Below, one piece after another: positions 1 to 8,911 of a stretch of DNA of 64,000 bases; position 1 is the stretch's first letter, and each line of letters begins with the position of its first letter. This stretch comes from a virus: the IMG/VR virus record IMGVR_UViG_3300046791_000298, positions 12,830 to 76,829 of that record. The stretch is one strand, 5' to 3'. The notes under the pieces are model-generated. The model ran no database searches and was not told the DNA's origin. It was given only the letters and a program-made list of their open reading frames with translations. Made by a program: the position numbers and the translations under genes.

Positions 1-1
1 A

Positions 2-301
2 CTCGACAGAGAAGACTTCCCTGGCATCACGGACATTCGTAAAATCAATATCGATATCTTCGTTGCCACCATCAGTAATTGGGGTATTCAATTCTTAACC
101 AGAACCGGTGATAGTGATTTCTCCCGGTTATTCTTAGGGACAATTTTACCCAAGCACGGATATAAGGCTCATGACGGGTACGTGTGGCTTGGTAATGATG
201 TCATTAATCTTCCCGAAGAGCGTGATGCTTTTGCGCTCGTGAAAATTCCATTCATTGAGCCACAATTCAGAAATGCTACTGCACTAAATCAATATTTATG
301 A
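2..301 (+). CDS. hypothetical protein, 5'-truncated by window edge
   Basis: Frame 2 is open from base 2 to TGA at 299-301, which overlaps the next ATG (ATGA). Confidence 0.7.
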   Translation, partial: LDREDFPGITDIRKINIDIFVATISNWGIQFLTRTGDSDFSRLFLGTILPKHGYKAHDGYVWLGNDVINLPEERDAFALVKIPFIEPQFRNATALNQYL

Positions 302-564
302 AAAGAGAAAATTTAGAACTTGCTCAAAAAATTATTAAGGAGATTGAGCAATACGAACGAATTGCGCATAAGATTAAAGACCTCGTTGCCTCTCCGGGTA
401 TTATGGAGATTACTATCAGTAAATATATTGAGAATACATGCTCAAGTAGAGTAGAATTACCTGGACAATTTTGGAAAGACGATATCCTAAAATTTTTAGA
501 GGGGGCTAAAATAAAAGCTGATGCCATGGTCGCCTCTTTAGAGAAAAAACTCGATGAACTATGA
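298..564 (+). CDS. hypothetical protein
   Basis: 88 aa ORF in an ATGA-coupled operon. Confidence 0.7.
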   Translation: MKRENLELAQKIIKEIEQYERIAHKIKDLVASPGIMEITISKYIENTCSSRVELPGQFWKDDILKFLEGAKIKADAMVASLEKKLDEL

Positions 565-734
565 ACATGCGCATCAATGGCATCAAGGCCACCAACATCA
601 AAACAAAAGTGCGTGAGTTCGTAGCCCGTAACCTGACACTCAGCGAGGCAGAGACATGGCTGGTGATGAATAAATCATCATTCGTTAAAACACATAACAA
701 ATTTCGTATCGCTACCACTCATGCCAATGACTGA
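561..734 (+). CDS. hypothetical protein (57 aa, not in ORF track)
   Basis: MNMRINGIKATNIKT...THAND*; ATGA overlap with upstream stop; fills the operon gap. Confidence 0.6.
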   Translation: MNMRINGIKATNIKTKVREFVARNLTLSEAETWLVMNKSSFVKTHNKFRIATTHAND

Positions 735-927
735 CACTGAACTTATAAGATATCTGAATGATCGTAAAAAAACGTTGGATGGGTTTATCGAGCAGCACCG
801 AAAACGAATATCAAATTGCGCGCCTGACGATTCAGAAACTATGCGTATTGAAATGGAATCAATCGGGAAACTCCAGGCCAGAAAACAAGAATGCCAGGTA
901 TTACTTGATGTTATTAAATATGGATGA
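721..927 (+). CDS. hypothetical coiled-coil protein
   Basis: 68 aa ORF within the operon. Confidence 0.6.
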   Translation: MPMTDTELIRYLNDRKKTLDGFIEQHRKRISNCAPDDSETMRIEMESIGKLQARKQECQVLLDVIKYG

Positions 928-1024
928 TATCATACCAACAGTCCTTGGTATCATCGCTGGCGCTGCCGCTGGGCTTTCTCTCATTGCGCTTATTTTGAGA
1001 CTCGGAAAATATTTTAAAAAATGA
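920..1024 (+). CDS. small single-TM membrane peptide (34 aa)
   Basis: MDDIIPTVLGIIAGAAAGLSLIALILRLGKYFKK; stop overlaps the MTase ATG. Confidence 0.55.
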   Translation: MDDIIPTVLGIIAGAAAGLSLIALILRLGKYFKK

Positions 1025-1755
1025 ATCACGGTTCAATATTTTCCGGAATTGGCGGAGATGATCTTGCCGCGGAGTGGATGGGGTGGAAAAATATTTTTCA
1101 TTGTGAGATAATTGAGAGTAAAAGAAAATGGTTACAAAATCGTTGGCCTAATTCAATAAGTTATGAAGACATCAGAAAGACAGACTTCTTTGTTCACAGG
1201 GGGGGGCTTGACATCCTCACAGGAGGAGACCCGTGTCAGGTTAGTAGTAAAATTGGGAAGAGAGAAGGTAAGAAAGGAGATTTATACTTATGGCCACAGT
1301 TTTTCAGGATCGTTGGCGAAGCTCAACCCATTTGGGTGGTTAATGAAAATGTGGACGGAACAATTTCTAATGGAATTCTCGACCAAAAGATTAATGACTT
1401 GGAAAGTATCGGCTACACCTGCTGGCCGCCCCTTGTTGTCCCTGCAAGTTTTGTTGGCGCCTCACACAGAAGAGATAGAGTTTGGCTGGTTGCCTACTCC
1501 GCTGAAAGACGACTGGAAAGGGGGAAGTGCATCTCCGAGGAAAGACAACGGGAAATTAAGATTAGACCAATTACGGCATTGGTGGAAAATAAAAACGGGA
1601 CGATCATGCCCAAACCCGAGTTTCTACAGAATAATGATGGGCTATCCGACTGGGTGGATGAGATTAAGGGATACGGAAATGCAATAGTTCCACAGGTTGC
1701 TTTAAAAATTTACCAAGCAATTGAAGTATTTGATAAAGTCAATATTGCATGCTAA
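1021..1755 (+). CDS. DNA (cytosine-5)-methyltransferase, large (alpha-type) chain
   Basis: Motif I SIFSGIGG, IV GGDPCQ, VI ENV, VIII HRRDRVW, X GYGNAIVP; no clear motif IX in this frame. Confidence 0.92.
   Translation: MNHGSIFSGIGGDDLAAEWMGWKNIFHCEIIESKRKWLQNRWPNSISYEDIRKTDFFVHRGGLDILTGGDPCQVSSKIGKREGKKGDLYLWPQFFRIVGEAQPIWVVNENVDGTISNGILDQKINDLESIGYTCWPPLVVPASFVGASHRRDRVWLVAYSAERRLERGKCISEERQREIKIRPITALVENKNGTIMPKPEFLQNNDGLSDWVDEIKGYGNAIVPQVALKIYQAIEVFDKVNIAC
1163..1687 (+). CDS. nested +1-frame gene, putative beta chain of the C5 methyltransferase (TRD + motif IX)
   Basis: 174 aa overlapping ORF with WLPTP..DWKG and NPSFYRIMMGYPTGW; A-rich start context. Confidence 0.7.
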   Translation: MKTSERQTSLFTGGGLTSSQEETRVRLVVKLGREKVRKEIYTYGHSFSGSLAKLNPFGWLMKMWTEQFLMEFSTKRLMTWKVSATPAGRPLLSLQVLLAPHTEEIEFGWLPTPLKDDWKGGSASPRKDNGKLRLDQLRHWWKIKTGRSCPNPSFYRIMMGYPTGWMRLRDTEMQ

Positions 1756-1775
1756 AATATTTTTTGTTACGTTCG
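1745..1775 (+). promoter_or_regulatory. Bacteroidota-type promoter upstream of primase
   Basis: TTG (1745-47) - 20 nt - TACGTTCG (1768-75), close to TTG-N19-21-TAnnTTTG. Confidence 0.5.
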
Positions 1776-1806
1776 ACTCCCCACTTTATTTTTTTCGCCT
1801 GAAAAT

Positions 1807-3774
1807 ATGGATATCGTCTCAGCCCTCCAGGAACTAGGTATTGATACCAAACAATATGCTTCAGGCACCCACTACGTTCAATGCCCACAAAATGAATGCA
1901 GAGACCGTAAAAAGAAGAATGCTAAGTCCCTTCTGATCCGCCTGGATGACGGCTATTATGAGTGCATGCATTGTCACTGGAAAGGATTTGCGAAAGGTGG
2001 CGGCAATAGTCAGGCACCGCAACGCATAGCCCCTCCGCCAAAGAAAGCACAGAAATTCCTTGATGAACCGGTGTTCAACTGGATATTCCCTGATACCACG
2101 ATCGAGCCTAAGCCAGCGGATCCTACTCGGCTACAAGGAAAGTACACAATCACATTCTATTATCGGAATGCAAAAGGACGGCTCACCTCAGCAAAGCGCA
2201 TGCTTTACAATTTCGAGGGCCGCGAGATGCGAAGGGATAAAGAATTTAATCCCATGTTCACAACGACACGCGATGAAGGATACTATCCGTGTCTTTTTTA
2301 TGAGAAGCATCTAACTGAATTTCCGAATGCCACTGTCGTCCTTGTCGAGTCTGAGAAGACCGCATGCATGCTCACGCATAAATTCAAAAATCATCTCAAT
2401 GAATTTATCTACCTAGCCACCGGTGGGGCTAATGGTCTCAACGATGAGAAGGTTCCGGTTTTAAAGAACCGCGATATCTGGATTGCTTATGATTGCGATA
2501 ATGGAGATGTGCAGCCTGACGGCTCGGTAAAAAATCCTCGCGGCCGGGAAGGAGCTCAAGGGGCACAATCAAAACTTGAGAAGATGTCCAACTCAAGGGT
2601 GATAGATATCGACCCGAGCAAAACAGACGGCACTGATTTAGCCGACATGCTCCGCGAGATCGACATAGAGTTTATCCGTAATCTCCCAGAGCGCGTACCC
2701 CAGGCGGTCCGTGACATGTGGGCTGACGTCATCATGGATACCGAGCCTCCAGCTGAGGTGCCAATTATCCAAAGAGATGGTATCACTTACGCAACACTCG
2801 GTAACAATAGCCTTGTAACTGGTAAAAAGAAATCCAGAAAAACTCTCTTCCTCATCATGATGGTCCAGTGGTTTTTAGAAAATAATTCTGAGAACTCCAT
2901 CCTTCTCTTCGACACTGAGCAGGGGAAATCGCATGTGTGGAAGATCAGAAAAAAAATTCATCAGATTACAGGTAAGTGGGTCCCTGTTTTCTTCCTGCGC
3001 GGTCAGTCATACCAGGAGCGCCAGGCAATCATCCAAAAGACTGTTCAGTACTGGCCCAATAAATTAAAGTGGATAGTGATAGATGGTATCCGTGACTTAC
3101 TCTCCAACATTAATGACCCGGATCAGTGTACTGACCTAGTAACCTGGGTAGAAAAAATAAATGTTCGCTATAACATTCACATCACAAACGTCCTTCACTT
3201 AAATAAAACAGACAACAACGCACGCGGTCATATCGGCACCGAACTCTCTAATAAGGCAGAGATGAATTTTGAACTTGAGAAGGATGAGAAGACAGATGTC
3301 ACAATCGTAAAGTGCGAGAGTTCGCGCGACAAACCCTTCGAGACTTTCGCCTTCACGCACGGCCAAGATGATCTGCCTGAGCTTGTACACGTTCCGATCA
3401 AAGGAGTTGTATTGCCTGACGCTGAACGAAAGAAGCGCCTTAAAGAAATTTTTGAAAATGATATTATCTCATACGGTCAATTCCTAGAAGGGGTCCGCGA
3501 GCAATTCGACTGCGGAGAGAAGAAAGCGAAGTCTCTCATTGCTGAGTTTAAGCGTATCAACTGGGTCATCAAAGGCGGTGGCGATGGTGCAAAAGGAGCG
3601 AACTACAAACTAACGCTCAGTGATAACGGTCATGAACCAAAGGCGGTAATGGAGGTGGTAAAAAAAGAACCTATACAGCCGGACCTGTTCATTGAGTCAA
3701 GAAATAAATTGCATGAGAAAGAAGAGCCCGCTCCACCGCCAGCTCTGGCCGACAATCCTGATCTCCCTTTTTAA
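1807..3774 (+). CDS. primase-helicase (Zn-ribbon + TOPRIM + RecA/AAA_25-like helicase)
   Basis: CPQNEC...CMHC; TOPRIM VLVESEKTA...ATGG...AYDCD; Walker A GKKKSRKT; FDTEQG, IDGIRDL, RGHIG. Confidence 0.85.
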   Translation: MDIVSALQELGIDTKQYASGTHYVQCPQNECRDRKKKNAKSLLIRLDDGYYECMHCHWKGFAKGGGNSQAPQRIAPPPKKAQKFLDEPVFNWIFPDTTIEPKPADPTRLQGKYTITFYYRNAKGRLTSAKRMLYNFEGREMRRDKEFNPMFTTTRDEGYYPCLFYEKHLTEFPNATVVLVESEKTACMLTHKFKNHLNEFIYLATGGANGLNDEKVPVLKNRDIWIAYDCDNGDVQPDGSVKNPRGREGAQGAQSKLEKMSNSRVIDIDPSKTDGTDLADMLREIDIEFIRNLPERVPQAVRDMWADVIMDTEPPAEVPIIQRDGITYATLGNNSLVTGKKKSRKTLFLIMMVQWFLENNSENSILLFDTEQGKSHVWKIRKKIHQITGKWVPVFFLRGQSYQERQAIIQKTVQYWPNKLKWIVIDGIRDLLSNINDPDQCTDLVTWVEKINVRYNIHITNVLHLNKTDNNARGHIGTELSNKAEMNFELEKDEKTDVTIVKCESSRDKPFETFAFTHGQDDLPELVHVPIKGVVLPDAERKKRLKEIFENDIISYGQFLEGVREQFDCGEKKAKSLIAEFKRINWVIKGGGDGAKGANYKLTLSDNGHEPKAVMEVVKKEPIQPDLFIESRNKLHEKEEPAPPPALADNPDLPF

Positions 3775-3778
3775 ATTT

Positions 3779-5068
3779 ATGGCATACAATGTACTTTGTG
3801 GCGATGCGTTCATCAAACTGAAAGAGTTTCAGGACAATTATTTTGATTCGTGTATCCTAGATGGACCTTATGGACTTCGGTTTATGGGAAAAACATGGGA
3901 CACTTTCGATATAAAATCCAAAGGTGAGCAGCGCGATTCTTATGCTGTAGGAGAAAAGAGATTAGCAAAAGGACGAACTACTACTGGGTTTGGTAACTCT
4001 ATTGAGGCTGGTAAGTATGATCAATCAAGAGAAGCTAATTTAAATTTTCAACGGTGGTTTGAGCAACTTGCTCGTGAGATCATCCGAGTACTCAAACCAG
4101 GTGCCTATTTCCTGAGCTTCGGAGGAACTCGTACCTATCATCGGATGATCTGCGGTATCGAGGATGCTGGTTTTGAAATTCGCGACTGCATCATGTGGAC
4201 ATTTGGCTCTGGATTCCCGAAATCTTACAACCTTACTGACGATTTGGGAACAGCGCTTAAGCCAGCATGGGAGCCAATCTGTATGGCGCGTAAGCCGTTG
4301 GATGGAACAATTGAGCAGAACTTCAAAAAATATGGAACAGGAGTTTTAAACATCGGAGCCACTCGTATTCCTGGTGAACCATGGACATTTGGAACACAAA
4401 CTGATATAAAAGGTGGTAATTACGGTACGAACAGACCTTCAAACGGTAATATTTTAGCAAAAAACGTAACAGGAGGAGAGGATGGCCGTTGGCCAGCCAA
4501 CCTTATCCATGACGGATCCGATGAGGTCATACAAGAATTCCCTGATGCGCCTGGGCAGATGGCAGATGTGAGAGGGACTGAGCCCTCAATGGCTAACAGT
4601 GGAACAACTTCAATGGGGAAAATGAATCGTGTTGGTTCACGACCAAAACGTGCTGATTCTAACAAATCAGGAGCCCGATTTTTCTACTGTGCCAAAACTT
4701 CGCATAGTGATCGCAACGAAGGACTAGAGTCCTGGCAAAAGAAGACGCTCAACTGGTCATCTGGCACCCAAAATCCAGGTTCATTTCAATCGCCAAATAC
4801 CGATCGGACACACCAAAACAATCATCCGACCGTAAAGCCAACTAAACTCATGCGATATCTCGCGGTTCTTATAACTCCTCCAGCTGGGAAAATTATTGAT
4901 CCGTGTTGCGGCTCGGGCTCAACCGGAAAAGGAGGAATTATTGAAGGCTTCGATGTAACTTTAATCGATCAAGAACAGCAATGGGTGGATGTTGCGATTG
5001 CTCGGTGTGCACATGCTACAAAAGTTCGTCTCAAACTTGAGAGGACAGGTAAGCAATTGAGTTTATAA
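3779..5068 (+). CDS. N4-C/N6-A DNA methyltransferase, beta class
   Basis: DGPYG (DPPY-like) precedes HPTVKP and DPCCGSGST (motif I); start moved to ATG 3779. Confidence 0.9.
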   Translation: MAYNVLCGDAFIKLKEFQDNYFDSCILDGPYGLRFMGKTWDTFDIKSKGEQRDSYAVGEKRLAKGRTTTGFGNSIEAGKYDQSREANLNFQRWFEQLAREIIRVLKPGAYFLSFGGTRTYHRMICGIEDAGFEIRDCIMWTFGSGFPKSYNLTDDLGTALKPAWEPICMARKPLDGTIEQNFKKYGTGVLNIGATRIPGEPWTFGTQTDIKGGNYGTNRPSNGNILAKNVTGGEDGRWPANLIHDGSDEVIQEFPDAPGQMADVRGTEPSMANSGTTSMGKMNRVGSRPKRADSNKSGARFFYCAKTSHSDRNEGLESWQKKTLNWSSGTQNPGSFQSPNTDRTHQNNHPTVKPTKLMRYLAVLITPPAGKIIDPCCGSGSTGKGGIIEGFDVTLIDQEQQWVDVAIARCAHATKVRLKLERTGKQLSL

Positions 5069-5069
5069 T

Positions 5070-5097
5070 TGTTCCACGTGAAATAAAATGTTCCACG
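5070..5097. promoter_or_regulatory. parS-like site plus adjacent half-site
   Basis: TGTTCCACGTGAAATA (5070-5085) differs at one position from parS consensus TGTTNCACGTGAAACA; TGTTCCACG recurs at 5089-5097. Confidence 0.55.
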
Positions 5098-5099
5098 AA

Positions 5100-5276
5100 T
5101 TAGTTCTTCAAAAATCGTTCTTCTAGTCGCCTTAAATCACCCATTGTTGCTGGTCGCCTATCCATCTCGGCTTGATATTTTTTACGCTGATCTTCATCTT
5201 CAATTTTACGGATAGCTTCCAAAAGTTCCTTCCTAGATACCTTCTTCGGATTTGGATTGATGTAGTCTGGTCTCAT
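5100..5276 (-). CDS. hypothetical protein
   Basis: ORF track; probable start MRPDY at 5276. Confidence 0.5.
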   Translation of the reverse strand: MRPDYINPNPKKVSRKELLEAIRKIEDEDQRKKYQAEMDRRPATMGDLRRLEERFLKN

Positions 5277-5316
5277 ACAAGAGTATGTTACCAACTCGGG
5301 GGAAATCGCGGGTAGA

Positions 5317-5475
5317 TCACTTCTTTTTTTTCTTCCGAATTGGAATCTTTCTCACGTTCTTCTCTGGAATTTTTATGAGTGGTGTTTTAAACATCCGGCT
5401 TAAACCACATGTGCATGCTTCATCTCCGCAGTAAATAAGGCACATTTTCCCGGGTTCATACAATTCGATTACCAT
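5317..5475 (-). CDS. small Cys-rich basic protein (52 aa, not in track)
   Basis: MVIELYEPGKMCLIYCGDEACTCG...IRKKKKK*. Confidence 0.5.
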   Translation of the reverse strand: MVIELYEPGKMCLIYCGDEACTCGLSRMFKTPLIKIPEKNVRKIPIRKKKKK

Positions 5476-5519
5476 AGGCTTTTACTACCTATACCAAGAA
5501 GTGTGACAAAAATCAGTTT

Positions 5520-5858
5520 CTATGCCTCAGCGCCAGGAATACCAGAAGGAGCATCTCGAATTTCTTCGTCTCGATTTTCGGCTTCTCCTTGGTCTTCATG
5601 AGGGAAATTACTCGCAATTAACCGGCTAACCAAACTCCCCTGACACTGATGCATGTGGATGGCCCGCTCGATGATCGGAGGTATTCGCACGTTCCACATT
5701 CTCTCACCCTCACTCACATCAAAGGGGAATTTCACTAATTTTTTCTTGCATCTCGCGCACGAGAGCGTGCACTTCTCCCATTCCTCACCCGGATAATCAA
5801 ACGGGCTTTTCGGTTGGATCCTACTACTCTCCGACTCCTGGACCGTCCTGTTGCGCAC
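5520..5858 (-). CDS. hypothetical Zn-binding protein
   Basis: CARC and HQC motifs; abuts upstream gene. Confidence 0.55.
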   Translation of the reverse strand: MRNRTVQESESSRIQPKSPFDYPGEEWEKCTLSCARCKKKLVKFPFDVSEGERMWNVRIPPIIERAIHMHQCQGSLVSRLIASNFPHEDQGEAENRDEEIRDAPSGIPGAEA

Positions 5859-5859
5859 C

Positions 5860-6333
5860 TTACATAATATAAAACTTCACCGGATCATGCACGGAAAAGT
5901 ACTCCCGTTCGTCAACTCCGCCCCGTCCTGGGTTCACCCGAAACAGCTCATTCTTCTCATTTCTCCAATAGAACATCAGCCAGGGAGATGGTCCTCCACC
6001 GATATCCCAGCCGCATTTCGAGTTATGACAGTGATAAATCCGAGGGGTTATAATCAGCCCACTGTGATGCGGCCGCGCGAAATTCAGCGTCCCGCACCCG
6101 TCACAGATCCACTTTAGATTCTCGATCGGCTGTTGTTTATTGAATTCCCGATACTCGTTCCGCTCCTCGATCTGCTCCCTGGAATAGTTATCAGCTACTC
6201 TTATTGGTGGATTTGATTGTATTGCTGCCATCATAAGTGCCTGTTGTATTGTAAAATTCCCATGATTATCAGGGTTATGCTTTCCAATCTGCCGCTTCTG
6301 CGGGTCAGACAGCCAGGGGTTCGCCTCAGCCAT
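5860..6333 (-). CDS. hypothetical Zn-ribbon protein
   Basis: CDGC...CHNSKC; probable start MAEANP at 6333. Confidence 0.6.
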   Translation of the reverse strand: MAEANPWLSDPQKRQIGKHNPDNHGNFTIQQALMMAAIQSNPPIRVADNYSREQIEERNEYREFNKQQPIENLKWICDGCGTLNFARPHHSGLIITPRIYHCHNSKCGWDIGGGPSPWLMFYWRNEKNELFRVNPGRGGVDEREYFSVHDPVKFYIM

Positions 6334-6658
6334 TTTGCTCAAATAGTTTCTCCCATGTTGCCAAGAACACATCAATCTCCTTTTGCCTGGCGATCGTGTT
6401 ATTCCGTATCGCCCGCAAAAACTTCACTGCCTTCCCATAAGACACCGTGATCTCGAATGCCTCCCCGCGCTTAATCACAGAACCTCCCCACTTCTTTCTT
6501 ATCACCTCAAGCGCATACTCATGTCCTCTCCTGATCCGCACTATCGGGACCTCCTTCTTATTCTTCCCCACAAGGATCACTCCTATCGTCCCCCCAGAGT
6601 CGAGCATCCCCCCGAAATACGATAGCGCAACCTTCTCTTTTATCTCCTCGTCTGTCAT
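6326..6658 (-). CDS. single-motif LAGLIDADG homing endonuclease-like protein
   Basis: LSYFGGMLDSGGTIG motif, later WGGSV; 110 aa. Confidence 0.75.
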   Translation of the reverse strand: MTDEEIKEKVALSYFGGMLDSGGTIGVILVGKNKKEVPIVRIRRGHEYALEVIRKKWGGSVIKRGEAFEITVSYGKAVKFLRAIRNNTIARQKEIDVFLATWEKLFEQNG

Positions 6659-6660
6659 CT

Positions 6661-6882
6661 TTTAGTACTGTTCCAACATGTGACAAAGGTGCATTTCTTC
6701 CCTGTACCACACAAGCAAAATATTACTTATTTAGTACTGGTGCAAAGTGGCTCTGGTATCCGGTGCAGTGGGGTGTATACACACCCCCCCACTGCCCCAG
6801 TTACCGGTATAAACCAGCGTTTGGGGTAACACCACTGGAACCCGTCACTGCACCACTGCACCACTCATGTTCTACACCAGTA
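6661..6882. repeat. repeat/hairpin cluster, putative origin or packaging region
   Basis: GCAGTGGGG (6765-73)/CCCCACTGC (6787-95) hairpin around TGTATACA; tandem CACTGCAC x2 at 6846-6861; TTTAGTACTG at 6661 and 6730; TACTGGTG/CACCAGTA outer inverted pair. Confidence 0.6.
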
Positions 6883-6929
6883 TGTATTTACAGTTGACTT
6901 TCTCCTCTCTTTTCCCTTCCTTCGTCCCC

Positions 6930-7097
6930 ATGTCGCACCTGGACAAACTCATCAAAAGAAACCCCGCTGTACTCGATCTCGTCCGTCGATTCGACCTGGG
7001 TGAATTCAAAACTACTCCCCTCAATCTCTCAATCTCAGAACAAGTATCCCAACGCGTCCGGAAGCTCATCCTTAAACTCCAGACCCCTCAAGCATGA
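6930..7097 (+). CDS. hypothetical small protein
   Basis: MSHLDKLIKRNP...; lies in a compositionally skewed region and may be spurious. Confidence 0.35.
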   Translation: MSHLDKLIKRNPAVLDLVRRFDLGEFKTTPLNLSISEQVSQRVRKLILKLQTPQA

Positions 7098-7441
7098 CAC
7101 CCCTCACACACGCCACTGCGCCAACCGGTATAAAGCCCCCCGTCACCGGCTCAACTGGGAAATCAAAATCCCGCGACCGAGGGGGTCTGGTTTTGACTTT
7201 TCAGTTTTCAAAGCATATAAAGGCCGTTTCCAAGCCAAATTCGCACAAACTATTGTTTAATAATTTGTATTATGTTAAGTAGAACACAGATAGACACAAG
7301 CTGTCACCCGTCAGGGGCTGAATGCGACAATCATTGTATCAACACGCGTGCGGATAAACCAAGTTGGCACGTGGGTGAGGTGCGAGGGTTCAATAACCAA
7401 ATCGAAGTTCGGTGAATGGGATAAACATATTTACGTTTTCT

Positions 7442-7930
7442 ATGTTTGAAAGGCGTTCGGCTAAGGTCGTGACGTATCAGTATAGGATAAATCGCTTTGA
7501 GTTGTGGATGCTCATGGGGCTTGTTGCGGTGTTGGCATTACAGGGTAGGAAGGCGATAAGTCGGGATGAATGTTTTAATCTCATTACGGCTAATTTGCGG
7601 GCACGTATAAAGATGCGAACGTATTGGTATGGGTTGCAGGTCAAAGGTTGTTTGGTAGAGTTTAAAAGGCCACAATACCCGAATGCATCGAGTTGGGGTA
7701 TTACTCCACTAGGCTGGCAGGTGTGCCAGGTGTTCGAGAAAGAGATGCAAAGGTTAGAATTGGCATATCCAAAGCGAAAGAGAGTTGAACCAATTGAGGT
7801 CGTGATAAAGGACGGTGACGCGGCACCCAAGGGTTACAGTTACGCGAAGGAACCAATACAAAGGCGCAAGGAATACATTGAGCACATTGATTTGGAGGAT
7901 AAGGCGAAGCGTCACCGGTCGAACAACTAA
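7442..7930 (+). CDS. putative winged-helix DNA-binding protein
   Basis: LQVKGCLVEF...WGITPLGWQV resembles a MarR-like wing; probable ATG at 7442. Confidence 0.5.
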   Translation: MFERRSAKVVTYQYRINRFELWMLMGLVAVLALQGRKAISRDECFNLITANLRARIKMRTYWYGLQVKGCLVEFKRPQYPNASSWGITPLGWQVCQVFEKEMQRLELAYPKRKRVEPIEVVIKDGDAAPKGYSYAKEPIQRRKEYIEHIDLEDKAKRHRSNN

Positions 7931-8058
7931 AATATATTAGGTTTATTGTAACCCTGATTAGGTGTGCACGTATAAAGAAGTGTAGGGCATTTAAAAGCCT
8001 TTTTTATTTGGCTTGTTCCCTAAATTAAATTAGTATTGTATAACAAAAACCGATAATT

Positions 8059-8178
8059 ATGAAGACCGAAACGATTAACAATGAGATTTTTATTAAGGTG
8101 ATAGTTGCGTGCGTGGTTGGATTTGTGACCATGTTCGCGCTGTTCGTAGTGTTTGTACATGGAGGCAACATAAACTAA
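8059..8178 (+). CDS. small single-TM early protein (39 aa, not in track)
   Basis: MKTETINNEIFIKVIVACVVGFVTMFALFVVFVHGGNIN*; follows AAAAACCGA motif. Confidence 0.6.
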   Translation: MKTETINNEIFIKVIVACVVGFVTMFALFVVFVHGGNIN

Positions 8179-8184
8179 AAAGCC

Positions 8185-8547
8185 ATGCTGAGAATTAACT
8201 ACACGATAACGAAAACTGACAAGCCGATGGTTCGGGCTTATTGGAAGAGAGAGAACACGGTTAACGAGGACACGCAAACAGTAAAGGCGTTCGAGGGCAC
8301 GCGTGACTTTGAGAGTGACAAGGACGCAAACAAGTTTTTGGAACGCCTTGCCATGTTCAAAATGAAATTAGCCTTTAGGGGCGCGCACGAAAACTTTACC
8401 AAGATGAGTGACGGGTTTAAAAGAAAGACGTTTGCAAGTGGTATTACCTTCGGGAGTTACGATTACAAAAAGCCCGCGGTCAAAGCGATTGAGGCGAACA
8501 CGTACAAGATGAGTGTAAGTATTGAACATTTAAAACAAGCGGCATGA
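8185..8547 (+). CDS. hypothetical early protein
   Basis: 120 aa ORF, ATGA-coupled to next gene. Confidence 0.7.
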   Translation: MLRINYTITKTDKPMVRAYWKRENTVNEDTQTVKAFEGTRDFESDKDANKFLERLAMFKMKLAFRGAHENFTKMSDGFKRKTFASGITFGSYDYKKPAVKAIEANTYKMSVSIEHLKQAA

Positions 8548-8909
8548 AAGCATTAGTATTGACAGGCGGACAAATGACAAACGCACACCAAAGGGTTGAA
8601 GCGTTTTTGAGTGGACCTATCAGGGCCATCTACATTGACAATTGCAGTCACGGATATTTAGCCGTGAGCATGGCGGATTTTTTGAGAGTAATGACACCCG
8701 AAACAGCGAAACAAATCACGGGTTACTCAGGGATGAACAGCGCACGCGTTTACTTGGAGGAAGATTGTGACGCGGGTACATTCATGAATGAAGCAAAGGC
8801 GAAAGGTTACGAGATTGAGGTAACCAATGAGTACAATGAGAGGTTTGTGTGTGCAAAGAATTACAGTGCGCGCAAACTGAAATTTCAGGCTGAATTTATA
8901 GCAAACTGA
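8544..8909 (+). CDS. conserved phage early protein (HGYL...YLEEDCDA motif family)
   Basis: D..SHGYLAV and VYLEEDCDAGTF motifs, recalled from early phage/mobile-element proteins. Confidence 0.65.
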   Translation: MKALVLTGGQMTNAHQRVEAFLSGPIRAIYIDNCSHGYLAVSMADFLRVMTPETAKQITGYSGMNSARVYLEEDCDAGTFMNEAKAKGYEIEVTNEYNERFVCAKNYSARKLKFQAEFIAN

Positions 8910-8911
8910 TT

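Noticed and set aside
3692-3778. Extended N-terminus of the N4/N6 methyltransferase
   Set aside because: Non-ATG start overlapping the primase; the MTase-like sequence begins at ATG 3779. Similar over-extension applies to track starts 25799 and 27744.
7260-7410. Possible tRNA or structured RNA near GGTTCAA
   Set aside because: No cloverleaf could be built; no tRNA was recognised anywhere in the window by eye.
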